A stretch of DNA of 64,000 nt from Amoebidium appalachense (lineage: Eukaryota; Protista; Ichthyosporea), in NCBI GenBank assembly GCA_963693365.1, contig CAVNZM010000013.1:583817-647816 (forward strand). Direction: 5' to 3'. A model generated the notes under the pieces. That model searched no databases, had not been told where the DNA came from, and was given only the letters and a program-made list of their open reading frames with translations. A program made the position numbers and the translations under genes. Shown piece after piece: positions 1 through 12,030 of this stretch; position 1 is the stretch's first letter, and each line of letters opens with the position of its first letter.

Positions 1-496
1 CGGTGCCGGTTGTTAGGGGTTATGGAGCGACAAGAGGGCTCTTGTACTCACCACATTTCCAAGGTGTTTTGCCGCCGATGCTGCTGTTAAATGAAGAGCT
101 TTGCACCATGCAATGCCATATAGTAGCGACTTTCACCGAAAAGTGGAAACCCGTACAGTCGCGAGGACTGAGCAACAACACGCTAACGCTTGAGGTCCGC
201 TCGCCAAAAAGTGAGAGGAGGGAGGGCGGGAACAGAGAGAAACCGGAACGGATCTGGGTCTACCAGCCATAACAGTTGCCGTATGCCATCCTTGCAAATG
301 AAGGTATATGTTAGATAGAATATTTTGTTCTCATTATATGCCCAAAGTGGCCCAAAGTGCTCGCAACAACAACAAGACAAAAAAAGTGGAGCAGAAAAAC
401 AGCTTACTCTTGCTTTTGTTTGTACGGCAAGTGCAGGAGTTTTCTCCGCGATACCCGTCGGGCTTTTCTTTCAGCCCGATTCGAAATGATTATATA

Positions 497-2676
497 CTCA
501 TAGACTCTGATAAGTATTTCTCGGAACTGTTTAAAGATAGGACCCCCGCTCAGAAACCTATTGTGTGGCCTGTAGACCCATCTATCCCCATAGAATCGAT
601 CCTCCCCTTTTTCAGTCCCGATGCCATATGGTCTGTGATATCTAGTTATAGCTCTAGTAAGTCTTGTGGACCTGATGGACTCCCTGCTGGGTTTCTTAAA
701 ATCCTTGTTCCCTCCTACCCACAAAAGGAAAGTGATCGTGCTATTAAACCTGATCTTACTATCATGTTAAGCTCTCTCTTTTCTTGGTGTGTTAAATGTG
801 GACATGTCCCGTCATCTTGGTTAGATACCTTAGTGATCCCCATAGTTAAGAAGGACTCTGAGGGCCCCATATCATCTTTTCGCCCCATCACACTAACCCA
901 GGTTGTTCGTAGATTCTTTGAAGCTTGCTTACTTAGGTTATGTGCACATCACCCTAGGTTTCAATCTATTCTTCACATACACCCATGCCAATCCGCTTTT
1001 CGTAAGAACAATTCATGTTATGTTCAAATAATGGCACTGCACGATTCTATGCAAGTTGGTGCACGATATGTTGGCTTTATTGATTGGAAAACTGCTTACG
1101 ATTCTGTCTCCCCTGGTTCCCTATGGGAAAAGCTTGCTGCACGGGGTGTACCACACTGCATTGGTGTTCTGTTAGAAGCACTCTTGTCTCAAACCTATGG
1201 TAGAGCTGTGGTTAATGGGCATCTTTCATATGGTTTTGCTCGTACTAGAGGTCTCTTGCAGGGTTCATTGCTTAGCCCCTTTTTGTTTAACCTATTTATA
1301 GATGATTTGGCTGTCAAGATTTACGCCGAAAACGATGACCCTATTAATAACTTTCCGCCTGCACTTCTCTATGCTGATGATCTGTCCCTCCTTGCCCGTA
1401 CCCCTAGACGCCTGCAAAGATTGTTCGATGTAGTGTCAGAGTGGTGCAAGGCAAACCTTATGATCCTTAACATAGACAAATGTGGTGTTCTTGTACCTGA
1501 TATAGCTAACAATTTACACACATTTACATTATCATCTAAACCTGTACCTATAGTTCCAGAATACAAATATCTTGGTGTTCCGGTTGATTCTGTTGGTGTT
1601 ATGTTTCCCCATATGGTCGAAAAGAGGGTAGAGTTGGCTCGTAAGCGGTTAGCTTTCTTCTCGGCTAATATTTTTAAGGACACACCCCTCCATCCTTCTA
1701 TTAGACTTACATTTATTCGCACTTTTGTCTTCCCGGCATGTGAATATGGTTTACCCCTTCTCGCCGCTTGGATCAAGAAAGAGAGAACTAGAGCGCTTAA
1801 ACCCTTGGCAAATTTCCTTGAAGCAGAAGTTGCCTCCTTTCTATCTAACAACTGTTGTAAACCTGGGCCTGTAACGCTCTCGATATATGGTCTGGTCCCA
1901 ATAGCTGCTAGAGTATCCTATCTCGCGCTGAAATTCAATAAGCACATAAGCCGCTTAAAGAAGTATTTGCCCTCCCACCCTCTCTTCTCTATCCGACCTG
2001 TCCCCTCCTCACCTCTCCCCTCTTTCCTCCCCTCTCTCTCCCCTTCTCCCCTGGGCACAAATACAAATAAACCCCGCAATAGTGTGTGTGTGACTTTGGA
2101 CTGCCACTTACTTATTAAACATGTACACAATCACAAGATAATCACGCAATATAACAAATGGAAAAAGATACCACACGACACTAGACCCGATGAAAGCATA
2201 CACCTTGAAAAACTAAGCCTTATGTCTCGTTTTATATATACTGACCGCCTCAACCATATTGCCAAATATGGCACTCGCAAGTGTATAACACCTAAATACA
2301 TATTACCTTCCTGTAGAACTGGTCTTTCTCTAGCTGATGGTATTATTGATCAATTACCACGCTTTTACTGTACACGTGCTATACAGTGGAGATCTAATAA
2401 GTATAAGGTGGCATCATTTGCATGCCCAAACAACACACACACACACCAGTTTAACCGGTCATGTATCGCCAAATGTAGTTGGGGGTTTACGCTGTTTACT
2501 CGAGGCAAAGAGAACCAGTCTCAGGTATGGGGGGGGGGGGTTTGCTCGGAATATCCCCTCAGCGGTATATCATGATCACGTACATAGATGTCGGGTGGTG
2601 ACTATATATCAGGGTTTACTTTCTCTGCGAGACACCATAAAGACTACAAGGAGAAATCAATTAGTTGGGGTTCCCC

Positions 2677-2734
<58 letters not shown>

Positions 2735-2913
2735 GTAGTTTGATAGACCACATAATACCGCAACACACACACGTCACATTCACAACAGACACCCAGAAAG
2801 ATAGCCTACCTGTAAATTACAACATCCTTGATTTTATACTAAACACGCGTAACTACGACCTGTTTATTAGATGTATTGATTGGCTTGAGAAACACATCAC
2901 TACAAAATTATAG
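497..2913 (+). pseudogene. LINE ORF2 reverse transcriptase, lacking the APE domain and interrupted near the C-terminus by the 2481-2730 insertion
   Basis: RT motifs GPDG, FRPITL, QSAFR, FIDWKTAYDSV, GLLQGSLLSPFLFN, YADD and YKYLGV. Removing the insertion and one TSD restores ...CIAKCSLIDH...TTKL* as in copy 2. Confidence 0.92.
2481..2730 (-). mobile_element. Short 5'-truncated copy of the same LINE (poly(A) plus 197-bp tail) inserted antisense into its own ORF2
   Basis: Flanked by a perfect 10-bp TSD AAATGTAGTT (2471-2480 and 2731-2740). 2481-2677 is the reverse complement of 3068-3264 with 2 differences. T53 run at 2678-2730. Confidence 0.93.
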
Positions 2914-2933
2914 CGCACGCGCACACACACACA

Positions 2934-2992
<59 letters not shown>

Positions 2993-3024
2993 CCAGCTGA
3001 TACCGAGTGTCCCGAGGGGAGCCC

Positions 3025-3068
<44 letters not shown>

Positions 3069-3585
3069 GGGGAACCCCAACTAATTGATTTCTCCTTGTA
3101 GTCTTTATGGTGTCTCGTAGAGAAAGTAAACCCTGATATATAGTCACCACCCGACATCTATGTACGTGATCATGATATACCGCTGAGGGGATATTCCGAG
3201 CAAACCCCCCCCCCCCCTACCTGAGACTGGTTCTCTTTGCCTCGAGTAAACAGCGTAAACCCCCATATTTACAAATGATAAGCGCTGCATTACGGGCCGT
3301 GGTGTGACCCGATCGGATCTTCAAATTCAATGCACGATTACATAATCGTCTGGATTAACGACCTTAAGGGATACGGGATCGCGCGGCTCGAATACTTTCT
3401 GGCGCCGCTCAGATCGATATCTATCTGGATTGAGTGGGCTTGATCTGCCTATTGGGCACCTAAGATCGTGTGGCCGAGCTATACCATGTACACACGGCAT
3501 GCCACACACGTGTCCGGACAAAACTGCGCTGCACATTTTTCATGAAGGCGGGTTGTTTTCTAACTATATATGTTAGGCACTCACA

Positions 3586-5502
3586 ATGCCAACTTGCGCG
3601 GCTAACTACTGCAAAAATGACGAAGAAACAGTCTCTCCCAAAGATCCTACCAGGAAGATAAAGCTTTTTACTGTTCCATATGGATACAAACCAAATGTAT
3701 TGGCTAGGAGGCATGCTTGGTTAAATGCTATAGGCAGGCAGGAGCAAACAAAGTATGAGCGGAAACAAATAGCAGAACACACAAAGCAAGCACCCCCCGA
3801 CCCAGACACACACACAGACACAAGGCCAAAGGCCTCGGATGGGACAGACGTAAATACAGACACAACCACTACTGAGACACACACAGCTGACACACAATCC
3901 GAAAATGCCAATGACTCGGCTGTGCCAGCTGAGCAGTCGGCACAAGAACCACAACCAAAGAGGAAACGGGGGCAACCGAAGGTGGAAGTCCCCTGGCCAC
4001 TGGCTATCCTTAAGCAACTGGTTGTATGCGAGGCACATTTCACCGATGATGATATTACTGCTAAGAATGGAAAACTGAAATTAACAAAGGATGCATGTCC
4101 CATCCGAATGGAACTAGACCCGATGTACAGAGAGAAGGTACAGCTATTGAGGGAGGAAAGGGCCAATAGTCATATGCAAGCTGTAGGAATGGATGCCTCA
4201 GATATTGAGCAAACACGGAAACGAGCGAGGGAGCGGGGGGAGACGAGCAGTGAAGAAGCAGAGGACAGTGAACGAGCGAAAAGAAGGAGGGAACATGTGC
4301 GTGAAAGGACATTTGACTATCTAGAGTCGAAGGCAGGTGAGGAAGGGATGGATGTAGAGGATTATGTGAATGTCCTGGAACGTTCAAGAGCTTTCTATAA
4401 GGAGCAGGCGGAGAAAATGCAAATCGAACTTGAGATAGCTACGAAGCAATTGGAGGAAAATGAGAAGAAACAAAGATTGGAGAAGAAGGAGCTCGAACAA
4501 GCGCTTGATCAAGCGAGGGAGGAATTACTACAAAACCAGAAAAGAATATGCATGGAGGACATAGTGGCGGAAGAGGAAGGGAAGGCTAGAGATGATGTGG
4601 TGAAAACATACACGGGGTTGGATAGTTTTGATGCTCTCATGGGAGTGCTGGGGATTGTTGCTTTTATTGGCCAATCAACTATAAACATGAATGATTTTAA
4701 AACCAAAACAGGAAAGGAAATAATATGGCATGATGGATGTCTTTTTACACTTTTTCGCCTCCGCCACGGCACATCCTTCCAACTATTGAGTCGGCTGGTG
4801 GATGTGTCAGAACCGAATCTTTCGCGTATATTCCGCCATTTTCTTGGTGCACTGGCGTTAGCACAGGTTTTTCTATACGAAAAAGCCCCCACCAGAGAGC
4901 AACTTTCGAAGTTTAAAGCCGGTTGCTACACTGGGCAATGGGACGATGTACGGTGGATCATTGATTGCACCGAGGTGTTTGTACAGGTGCCGACAAACCT
5001 CCTTCTGAAACGATGTTTCTACTCAGAGTACAAAAGCAATTATACTCTCAAGTACTTCGGGGGCATCACAACGGATATGAAACTCAGACCGGTGTCCGAT
5101 GCACATGTGGGGGGGTTCAAAGACCCGGATCTCACAGGTGTATGCAAGCGTGAATTTGTAGATCAGATAGAAGAGGGGGATGAAATAGCAGCTGATAAAG
5201 GGTTTAGAGTGCACGGGCTAATCATGGAGAAGGGTGCTTTCTTGCTATTACCGTCGTTTGTTGAGCATGGGCAGCTAAACGCTGAAGACACCATATATAG
5301 CCAAAGACTGTCTAGTGTGCGCGTGCATGTGGAGAGGGCTTTTGGGCGCATGAAAAATTATCGGCTGTTTAGCAATCAGGTGCAGATGTCGATGGTAGGC
5401 ACCCATTGGATGGTAGCTAAGGCTGTGGCTTTCTTGTGTAACATGCAAGAGCCACTATATAAGGATATGGTGGGGCCCGGGCACACCAAAAGCATGGTGT
5501 AG
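3586..5502 (+). CDS. THAP + HTH + DDE_Tnp_4 transposase (ISL2EU/HARBI1-like), 638 aa, intact and intronless
   Basis: THAP motif CxxxxC...F.VP...RR.AW..AI.R...VCEAHF...ACP. Coiled-coil region. HTH segment LFTLFRLRHG...LSRIF. Catalytic motifs IIDCTE, FYSEYKSNYTLK, ADKGF and RVHVERAFGRMKNY. Confidence 0.93.
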   Translation: MPTCAANYCKNDEETVSPKDPTRKIKLFTVPYGYKPNVLARRHAWLNAIGRQEQTKYERKQIAEHTKQAPPDPDTHTDTRPKASDGTDVNTDTTTTETHTADTQSENANDSAVPAEQSAQEPQPKRKRGQPKVEVPWPLAILKQLVVCEAHFTDDDITAKNGKLKLTKDACPIRMELDPMYREKVQLLREERANSHMQAVGMDASDIEQTRKRARERGETSSEEAEDSERAKRRREHVRERTFDYLESKAGEEGMDVEDYVNVLERSRAFYKEQAEKMQIELEIATKQLEENEKKQRLEKKELEQALDQAREELLQNQKRICMEDIVAEEEGKARDDVVKTYTGLDSFDALMGVLGIVAFIGQSTINMNDFKTKTGKEIIWHDGCLFTLFRLRHGTSFQLLSRLVDVSEPNLSRIFRHFLGALALAQVFLYEKAPTREQLSKFKAGCYTGQWDDVRWIIDCTEVFVQVPTNLLLKRCFYSEYKSNYTLKYFGGITTDMKLRPVSDAHVGGFKDPDLTGVCKREFVDQIEEGDEIAADKGFRVHGLIMEKGAFLLLPSFVEHGQLNAEDTIYSQRLSSVRVHVERAFGRMKNYRLFSNQVQMSMVGTHWMVAKAVAFLCNMQEPLYKDMVGPGHTKSMV

Positions 5503-5587
5503 AATTTTCGTTTTCGATTGCCAGTGCCTCTCCCTAAAGCCCCCTTCTCTGCTTTTTTTTTTTTTTTTTTTTTTTTTGTCTTTTTTT

Positions 5588-5645
<58 letters not shown>

Positions 5646-5999
5646 AAAATATGAATGAATGCTTGCATGTATGTATTCGGCCAGTAGGGCTCCACTTTTC
5701 CTGTATAGGAAAATAATAATAATAATTGAAATTATTATGTATTTGTGTGCCAAGTACAACCTTGAGTCGTTCTCCCCCCCCCCCCCCCCCCCCCCCCCCC
5801 TTCACAAACACACACAACCACGCACACACGGAAGCACGCACGCACCCACGCACCCACGCACCCACGCATGCATTTGCACACACGCACGCATGCACGCCCC
5901 CCCCCCCACACACACACACACACACGTGTGTGGGGGGGGGGGGGGGGGGGGAAGGGGTAGGCACGTATGCAAACACCAAGGGGGGAGGAGGGACCGGGG

Positions 6000-6031
<32 letters not shown>

Positions 6032-6136
6032 TAGGAAACATATGCAGGCACCAGGGTCTGGTACATTGCTCTCAGATTTGACACACGGTCTTCATTCATT
6101 CATTATAGGTTCACTAGATCGGTCAGAAGATTACTG

Positions 6137-6195
<59 letters not shown>

Positions 6196-6203
6196 ACACA
6201 CAC

Positions 6204-6912
6204 ACATTATGTTGTACTTTGTGCTTCTGGTAAAAACATCGGCGGGGGTTACAATCACTCCGTACAGTTTGGGAATGCGCACCGCATTAGCGGTCCCAGG
6301 GATGACCGCCGCATCCGCAATGCGCAGTTTGTATACAACCCGCGGGATGTTATACAGAAGAAGGTCGGCATCCTCAGTGACAACAGTGTGTGCCAAACCG
6401 GTACGTGCCATATAGGCAAGCTGGGGGTCTGCTTCGTATGGAGCTACTGTGTAATCGACATTCTCATCTTTCAGTCTAAGGATGATTGCATGTAAAACTC
6501 TGTTATCTAACTCTGCAGCGCTTCTCCATTTGTTTTTAGTTACCTCCTCCTGTTTCTCTCTTTTTGTGGCTATTTCTTGGCGGGCTTTGACCACCTTTTC
6601 TGCACGGTCGTTATCAACTAGTTTTCCCTCTTTCAATCTGCGCCCATCAAACACATAGTGTGGCTGGACCCCTGCTAGCCTATACGTATTAACTTTGGAC
6701 ATAAAGTGATTTGCAATAGCTGCATATGTGTCGTCTGTGACTTTTTTGTCATCTATTTGCTGTTTGGCTACTGTGTCAGCGAAAACTGAAAAGGACTTGT
6801 GGACCTGCACCATCCCGTCAAAAGCAACTACCCCACGTTGCAACTCTGCAGTAACATCTGTGGCTTTTTCGGCACTAATGCCGAGTGCTGGGAGCAAGCC
6901 CTGCACACCCAT
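6204..6912 (-). CDS. EXO1/XPG (Rad2/FEN1 superfamily, PIN-fold) 5'-nuclease, N and I domains; the C-terminal part is spliced or truncated
   Basis: MGVQGLLP start (ATG at 6912), AFDG, YVFDG, VAPYEADPQLAY and TEDADLLLY motifs. The ORF then runs into a (GT)n/poly(G) tract at ~6204 that is probably an intron. The H3TH GxDY motif was not found. Confidence 0.85.
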
Positions 6913-7831
6913 GGTAAAAGTGCATGTATTCAAAGTAGTTTCTTTACATGAAAAAAATTATTTCGGGTTGTGCGCCCTCTGCGTTAACGTGCGAACACAA
7001 AACTCGTTGTACGGCGTGGGTGCGTAGCAACGCGTTACGTAGGGCTACCTTTCGTAATCAGGGGAAAAAAAGGCGGCGCCAGAAAGAAATCGGGGACCAC
7101 TCAAAATCGCCGATCCCGTATCCCCGCGGTTGCCATGAAAAGTAGGCCGCACCCCCTTGTGGAATGCAGAATAGCCTTTTTTGGTTAAAATGTCATTAAA
7201 ATGTCATTATCCCGGGAATGTTAATCGCGTTAGACGGCCTGGTGTTTCTAGATGGCCGTGAGTTAGGGCTAAAGCGGATTTTCCAATCGGAATCTCGGTA
7301 GAATCACCCTAGAGTTTTAGGGAGAACCGCCTCATATAGCCCGCACACATGCCGGCGTAGCCCTCTCCCACTTCTAATCTCGCCTTCAAGGCCCCTACTT
7401 TCCATTCTACGCACATGTATACACCTGTAATGCAGTACATCAACCTTCTTTATATGTTACTGCACAATACCACCTTTACCTATTCCCTCAAAAGCATCTC
7501 GAAAGCGTGTCTATATACCCAGACGCGCGGAGCAGCACATATGCGGAGAGCCCCGGCTTGCTTCCACCAAGTCTTTTAAGTTCGCCGCTTTAAAATCCCT
7601 GCATTAGTAAATCACGCATTGCTTGTACCGACATAATAATTCGCATTGCATCTCGCATCGACAATGATTTTCCCGCCCAACCCAAGGACCCTGCCACCCA
7701 TTTTGCCCGCCCTTAGGTGTTCATGTGTGTATGCTCGAACACACACACGCACAGAGAGAGAAAGGGAGGAGAGAGAGAGAGACATGGGGGGCGAGAGGTG
7801 GAAGCAGAAAAAGCAAATTTAGGGAAAAGGG

Positions 7832-7875
<44 letters not shown>

Positions 7876-7888
7876 GTGAGATAAGTAA

Positions 7889-7942
<54 letters not shown>

Positions 7943-8091
7943 GCACACACCGGCGCACACACAGGCACACCCACACAGACAGACGCGAATACCAGCGCGC
8001 ACGCATGGGCACTCACCACCCCAGCCCCTCCCTTCTCCCCCCCCCCCCCCCCCCCCCCCCCCAACACCCACACACAGACTCATACACACAC

Positions 8092-8133
<42 letters not shown>

Positions 8134-8279
8134 ACACATACACACACACACACAAACACTTATACATACACATACTAGGGTACACACATGGTCACAACAG
8201 AAAAGTTGTGTACATATAAGTGCTCACACAAACGTTCACACAACCACCCACATCCATGCACACAAGAACACATACTTGT

Positions 8280-8880
8280 GCACCCACGCAAGTACACACA
8301 CGCATGCGCCCATAGACGTATACCCACACATACCCACATGCACCAGCACACATAAACGTGCACAAATACATCCTCTCATGCACATGCGCATGCACCCACA
8401 CACACTTACACATGCACACACCCATCCACTCATGCACCCGCACACATACACATGCACGCAAGTACACCCACGCATGCGCCCATGGACGTATACCCACACA
8501 CACCCACACACATGCACACACGTACACATGCACCCATACATCCACTCATGCACCAGCACACATAAACGTGCACAAATACATCTTCTCATGCACATGCGCA
8601 TGCACCCACACACACCTACACATGCACACACCCATCCACTCATGCACCCGCACACATACACATGCACGCAAGTACACCCACGCATGCGCCCATGGACGTA
8701 TACCCACACACACCCACACACAATCACACACGTACACATGCACACATACATCCACTCATGCACCAGCACACATAAACGTGCACGAATACATCCTCTCATT
8801 CACATGCGCATGCACCCCCACACACCTACACATGCACACACCCATCCACTCGTGCACCCGCACACATACACATGCACACA
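8280..8880. repeat. Tandem repeat, ~210-bp CA-rich unit, ~3 copies
   Basis: CACCAGCACACATAAACGTGCAC recurs at 8341, 8551 and 8761. Confidence 0.9.
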
Positions 8881-9862
8881 TACATTCATTCGTGCATCTG
8901 CCAATAGGATACGAGCCTGGCGCTCCATGTATAGATGAGGAATTCAATAAGTGCGCCTACGTGTCCTGGAGACACCTTCCCGTACATCAGCCTGCGCTCT
9001 GTGCTGTGCAGAGAGCCGATAGTAAAGGGTTAGGGAAATGAGTGAGTTCCCGTTAACCCCCAGTGTGGGTGTCGCGTTGCCTTTCCCCCTAAAACTCCGT
9101 TCAAAGAACCCACTTCAACACACGTATACACACAAGGGACACAACAGTCTGGGGGGGGGGGGGGGGGGGGGGGGATGCCATAAAAATTAGACTTGTGTGT
9201 TGTCAGTGTCAGCATTAATTTTTAATAGTTAAAAGCAAGCAAGTCCATAAAACAATCTGTACAACGCTTGATTTATTCAACATAATGCAAAGTAATGATT
9301 TGTAGCACATCTGAGATGTTCTGTTCATGTTCGTATGCATTATTGATTTAACGTCTGATCCTTGTAGTTTTTCCAGCCTTTTGCCAACCCTTGTTTTCTG
9401 ATTGCTTAAGTCTTACCTAGTGGGTATACTGCATCTGGTTCTGATAGGATGCCTGTGTATGATATAGAGTAATTATAAGATGTCGTATTGGCACCATAGT
9501 TGCGGGTGAGAAATCCGGGTGCAGCCGGAGCAGGCCCCACTGGATAGGGCCCTTAATGCAAACCTTTACTTCTGAAACTTTCGCCATACGTACAAAGTCA
9601 TTCACTGGCACACACTGTGACTCACATTCCCACCAAACACCCTGGGCCATGAACACTTATACTCACACATGTACACCCGCACATACACACGTGTACACAC
9701 ACAGACACACATACACTTTGGATCCATTTAACTGTAATCGGACGGTGGAAAGTGCAATTCATAAACGCAGTTACTGTATCAGCCAAATAATTTCTCATTG
9801 CCCCCCCCCCCCCCCTCCCCCCTCCCCCCCTGACTCCACGTTGACATAACAATCCCCATAAG

Positions 9863-9895
<33 letters not shown>

Positions 9896-9914
9896 ACACG
9901 CACACACACCAGAC

Positions 9915-11750
9915 CACCAATTAGACCCCCTCTCCCCATCCGACCCCCTATCAGACACCCCATCAGACCCCTCGTCAACCCCCCCCCCCCACCCCATCAG
10001 ACCCCTCCTCAGCCCTCCCCTCCCCTCATCAGACCCCCTTATCAGAATCCCCGCCCCCATCCCCCCCCTCCCCCCCCCCCCCCCCCCATTTTTATTAGAC
10101 CCCCCGCCCCATCCGACCCCTGTCAGACACCCCATCAGACCCCTCGTCAGACCCCCCCCCCCCCCCCCCCCCCTCCCCACCCCATCAGACCCCTCATCAT
10201 GACCAGCCTCACCACCCGGCGACCCCAATGGCATATCAGACACCTCATCAGACCCCTCATCAGACCCCCCCCCCCCCCTCCCCCCCTCATACCCCTTATT
10301 AGCCTCCCCACCCCTATCCGACCCCTATCAGACACCCCATCAGACCCCTCGTCAGACCCCCCCCCCCCCCCCCCCCTCACCCCATCAGACCCCTCATCAT
10401 GACCAGCCTCACCACCCGGCGACCCCCATGGCATATCAGACACCTCATCAGACCCCTCATCAGACCCCCCCTCCCCCCCCCCCCCCCCCCTCAGACCCCT
10501 TATTAGCCTCCCCACCCCTATCCGACCCCTATCAGACACCCCATCAGACCCCTCGTCAGACCCCCCCCCCCCCCCCCCCCCCACCCGGCGACCCCAATGG
10601 CATATCAGACACCCCATCAGACCCCTCGTCAGACCCCCCCCCCCCCCCCCCTCCCCCCCTTCCCCCTCCACCCCATCAGACCCCTCATCATGACCAGCCT
10701 CACCACCCGGCGACCCCAATGGCAGGCATATCAGACACCTCATCAGACCCCTCATCAGACCCCTTATTAGCCTCCCCACCCCTATCCGACCTCTATCAGA
10801 CACCCCATCAGACCCCTCGTCAGACCCCCCCCCCCCCCCCCACCCCATCAGACCCCTCATCATGACCAGCCTCACCACCCGGCGACCCCAATGGCATATC
10901 AGACACCTCATCAGACCCCTCATCAGACCCCCCCCCCCCCCCCCCCCCCCCCCCTCATACCCCTTATTAGCCTCCCCACCCCTATCCGACCCCTATCAGA
11001 CACCCCATCAGACCCCTCGTCAGACCCCCCCCCCCCCCCCACCCACCCCATCAGACCCCTCATCATGACCAGCCTCATCACCCGGCGACCCCAATGGCAT
11101 ATCAGACACCTCATCAGACCCCTCATCAGACCCCCCCCCCCCCCCCCTCAGACCCCTTATTAGCCTCCCCACCCCTATCCGACCCCTATCAGACACCCCA
11201 TCAGACCCCTCGTCAGACCCCCCCCCCCCCCCCCCCCACCCCACCCCATCAGACCCCTCATCATGACCAGCCTCACCACCCGGCGACCCCAATGGCATAT
11301 CAGACACCTCATCAGACCCCTCATCAGACCCCCCCCCCCTCCCCCTCACCCCCCCCCACACACACATACATCCTTGTTTCACCACCATCAATACATGTGA
11401 ATGAGGACCCCCCCCCCCCCCCCCCCCCCCCCTCCCCCCCCCCCCCCCCACCCCATCAGACCCCCCATCATGACCAGCCTCACCACCCAGCGACCCCAAT
11501 GGCATATCAGACACCTCATCAGACCCCTCATCAGACCCCTCCCCCCCCCCCCCTCAGACCCCTTATTAGCTTCCCCGCCCCTTTCCGACCCCTATCAGAC
11601 ACCCCATCAGACCCCTCGACAGACCCCTCGATTGATCCCCCCCCCCCCCCCCCTCCCCCCCCCCCCCCCCCCCCCACCCCATCAGACCCCTCATCATGAT
11701 CAGCCTCACCACCCGGCGACCCCAATGGCATATCAGACACCTCATCAGAC

Positions 11751-11789
<39 letters not shown>

Positions 11790-12030
11790 AGACCCCTTAT
11801 TAGCCTCCCCACCCCCATTCGATCCCCTATCAGACCCCCCCCCCTCCCCCACCATCAGACCCTTCATCAGACCCCCCACCCCCCATCAAATCTCTCAATC
11901 CCCCCCCCCCCTTTCAACTCCACATCGTTCATGACAAACCACATCAGACCCCACCCCCCAACAGACGACATATCAGGCCCCCTACCCCCATTCAACTCAC
12001 ATCAGACACCTGATCCCCTCATGATACCCC
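9915..12030. repeat. Minisatellite of ~200-bp units built from CATCAGACCCC sub-repeats and poly(C)
   Basis: CATCATGACCAGCCTCACCACCCGGCGACCCCAATGGCATATCAGACA recurs about 8 times between ~10196 and ~11740. Confidence 0.9.

Larger units (their letters stand above)
497..3264 (+). mobile_element. Non-LTR retrotransposon (LINE, APE/RT type), copy 1, 5'-truncated
   Basis: Near-identical to the reverse complement of copy 2 (18331-20794 plus 24402-24454). Homology starts at ~497 (CTCATAGACTCTG). It contains the RT ORF, then (CA)n, a poly(A) at 3029-3067 and a 197-bp terminal module at 3068-3264. No clear TSD. Confidence 0.93.
3368..7124. mobile_element. PHIS-group (ISL2EU/Harbinger-like) DNA transposon carrying a transposase and an EXO1/XPG-like nuclease
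   Basis: Perfect 14-bp inverted repeats, GGGATACGGGATCG (3368-3381) and CGATCCCGTATCCC (7111-7124), enclose exactly two convergent ORFs. The flanks (..TTAA / CGCG..) show no TSD. Confidence 0.72.

Noticed and set aside
308-496. N-terminal extension of the 755-aa RT ORF
   Set aside because: It lies outside the homology with copy 2, so it is flanking DNA that is open by chance. The ORF's C-terminal end likewise comes from the insertion.
1369-2130. Antisense ORFs over the RT, also over the transposase and ORF1
   Set aside because: These are shadow ORFs of real coding sequence with no motifs.
3126-3264. Telomere-like TAAACCC motifs in the LINE tail
   Set aside because: These are isolated single motifs with no tandem array.
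3364-3367. TTAA next to the left TIR suggesting piggyBac or Kolobok
   Set aside because: There is no TTAA at the right end, and the transposase motifs are DDE_Tnp_4.
9915-12030. CRISPR-like array
   Set aside because: Units lack unique spacers and the context is eukaryotic, so this is a minisatellite.
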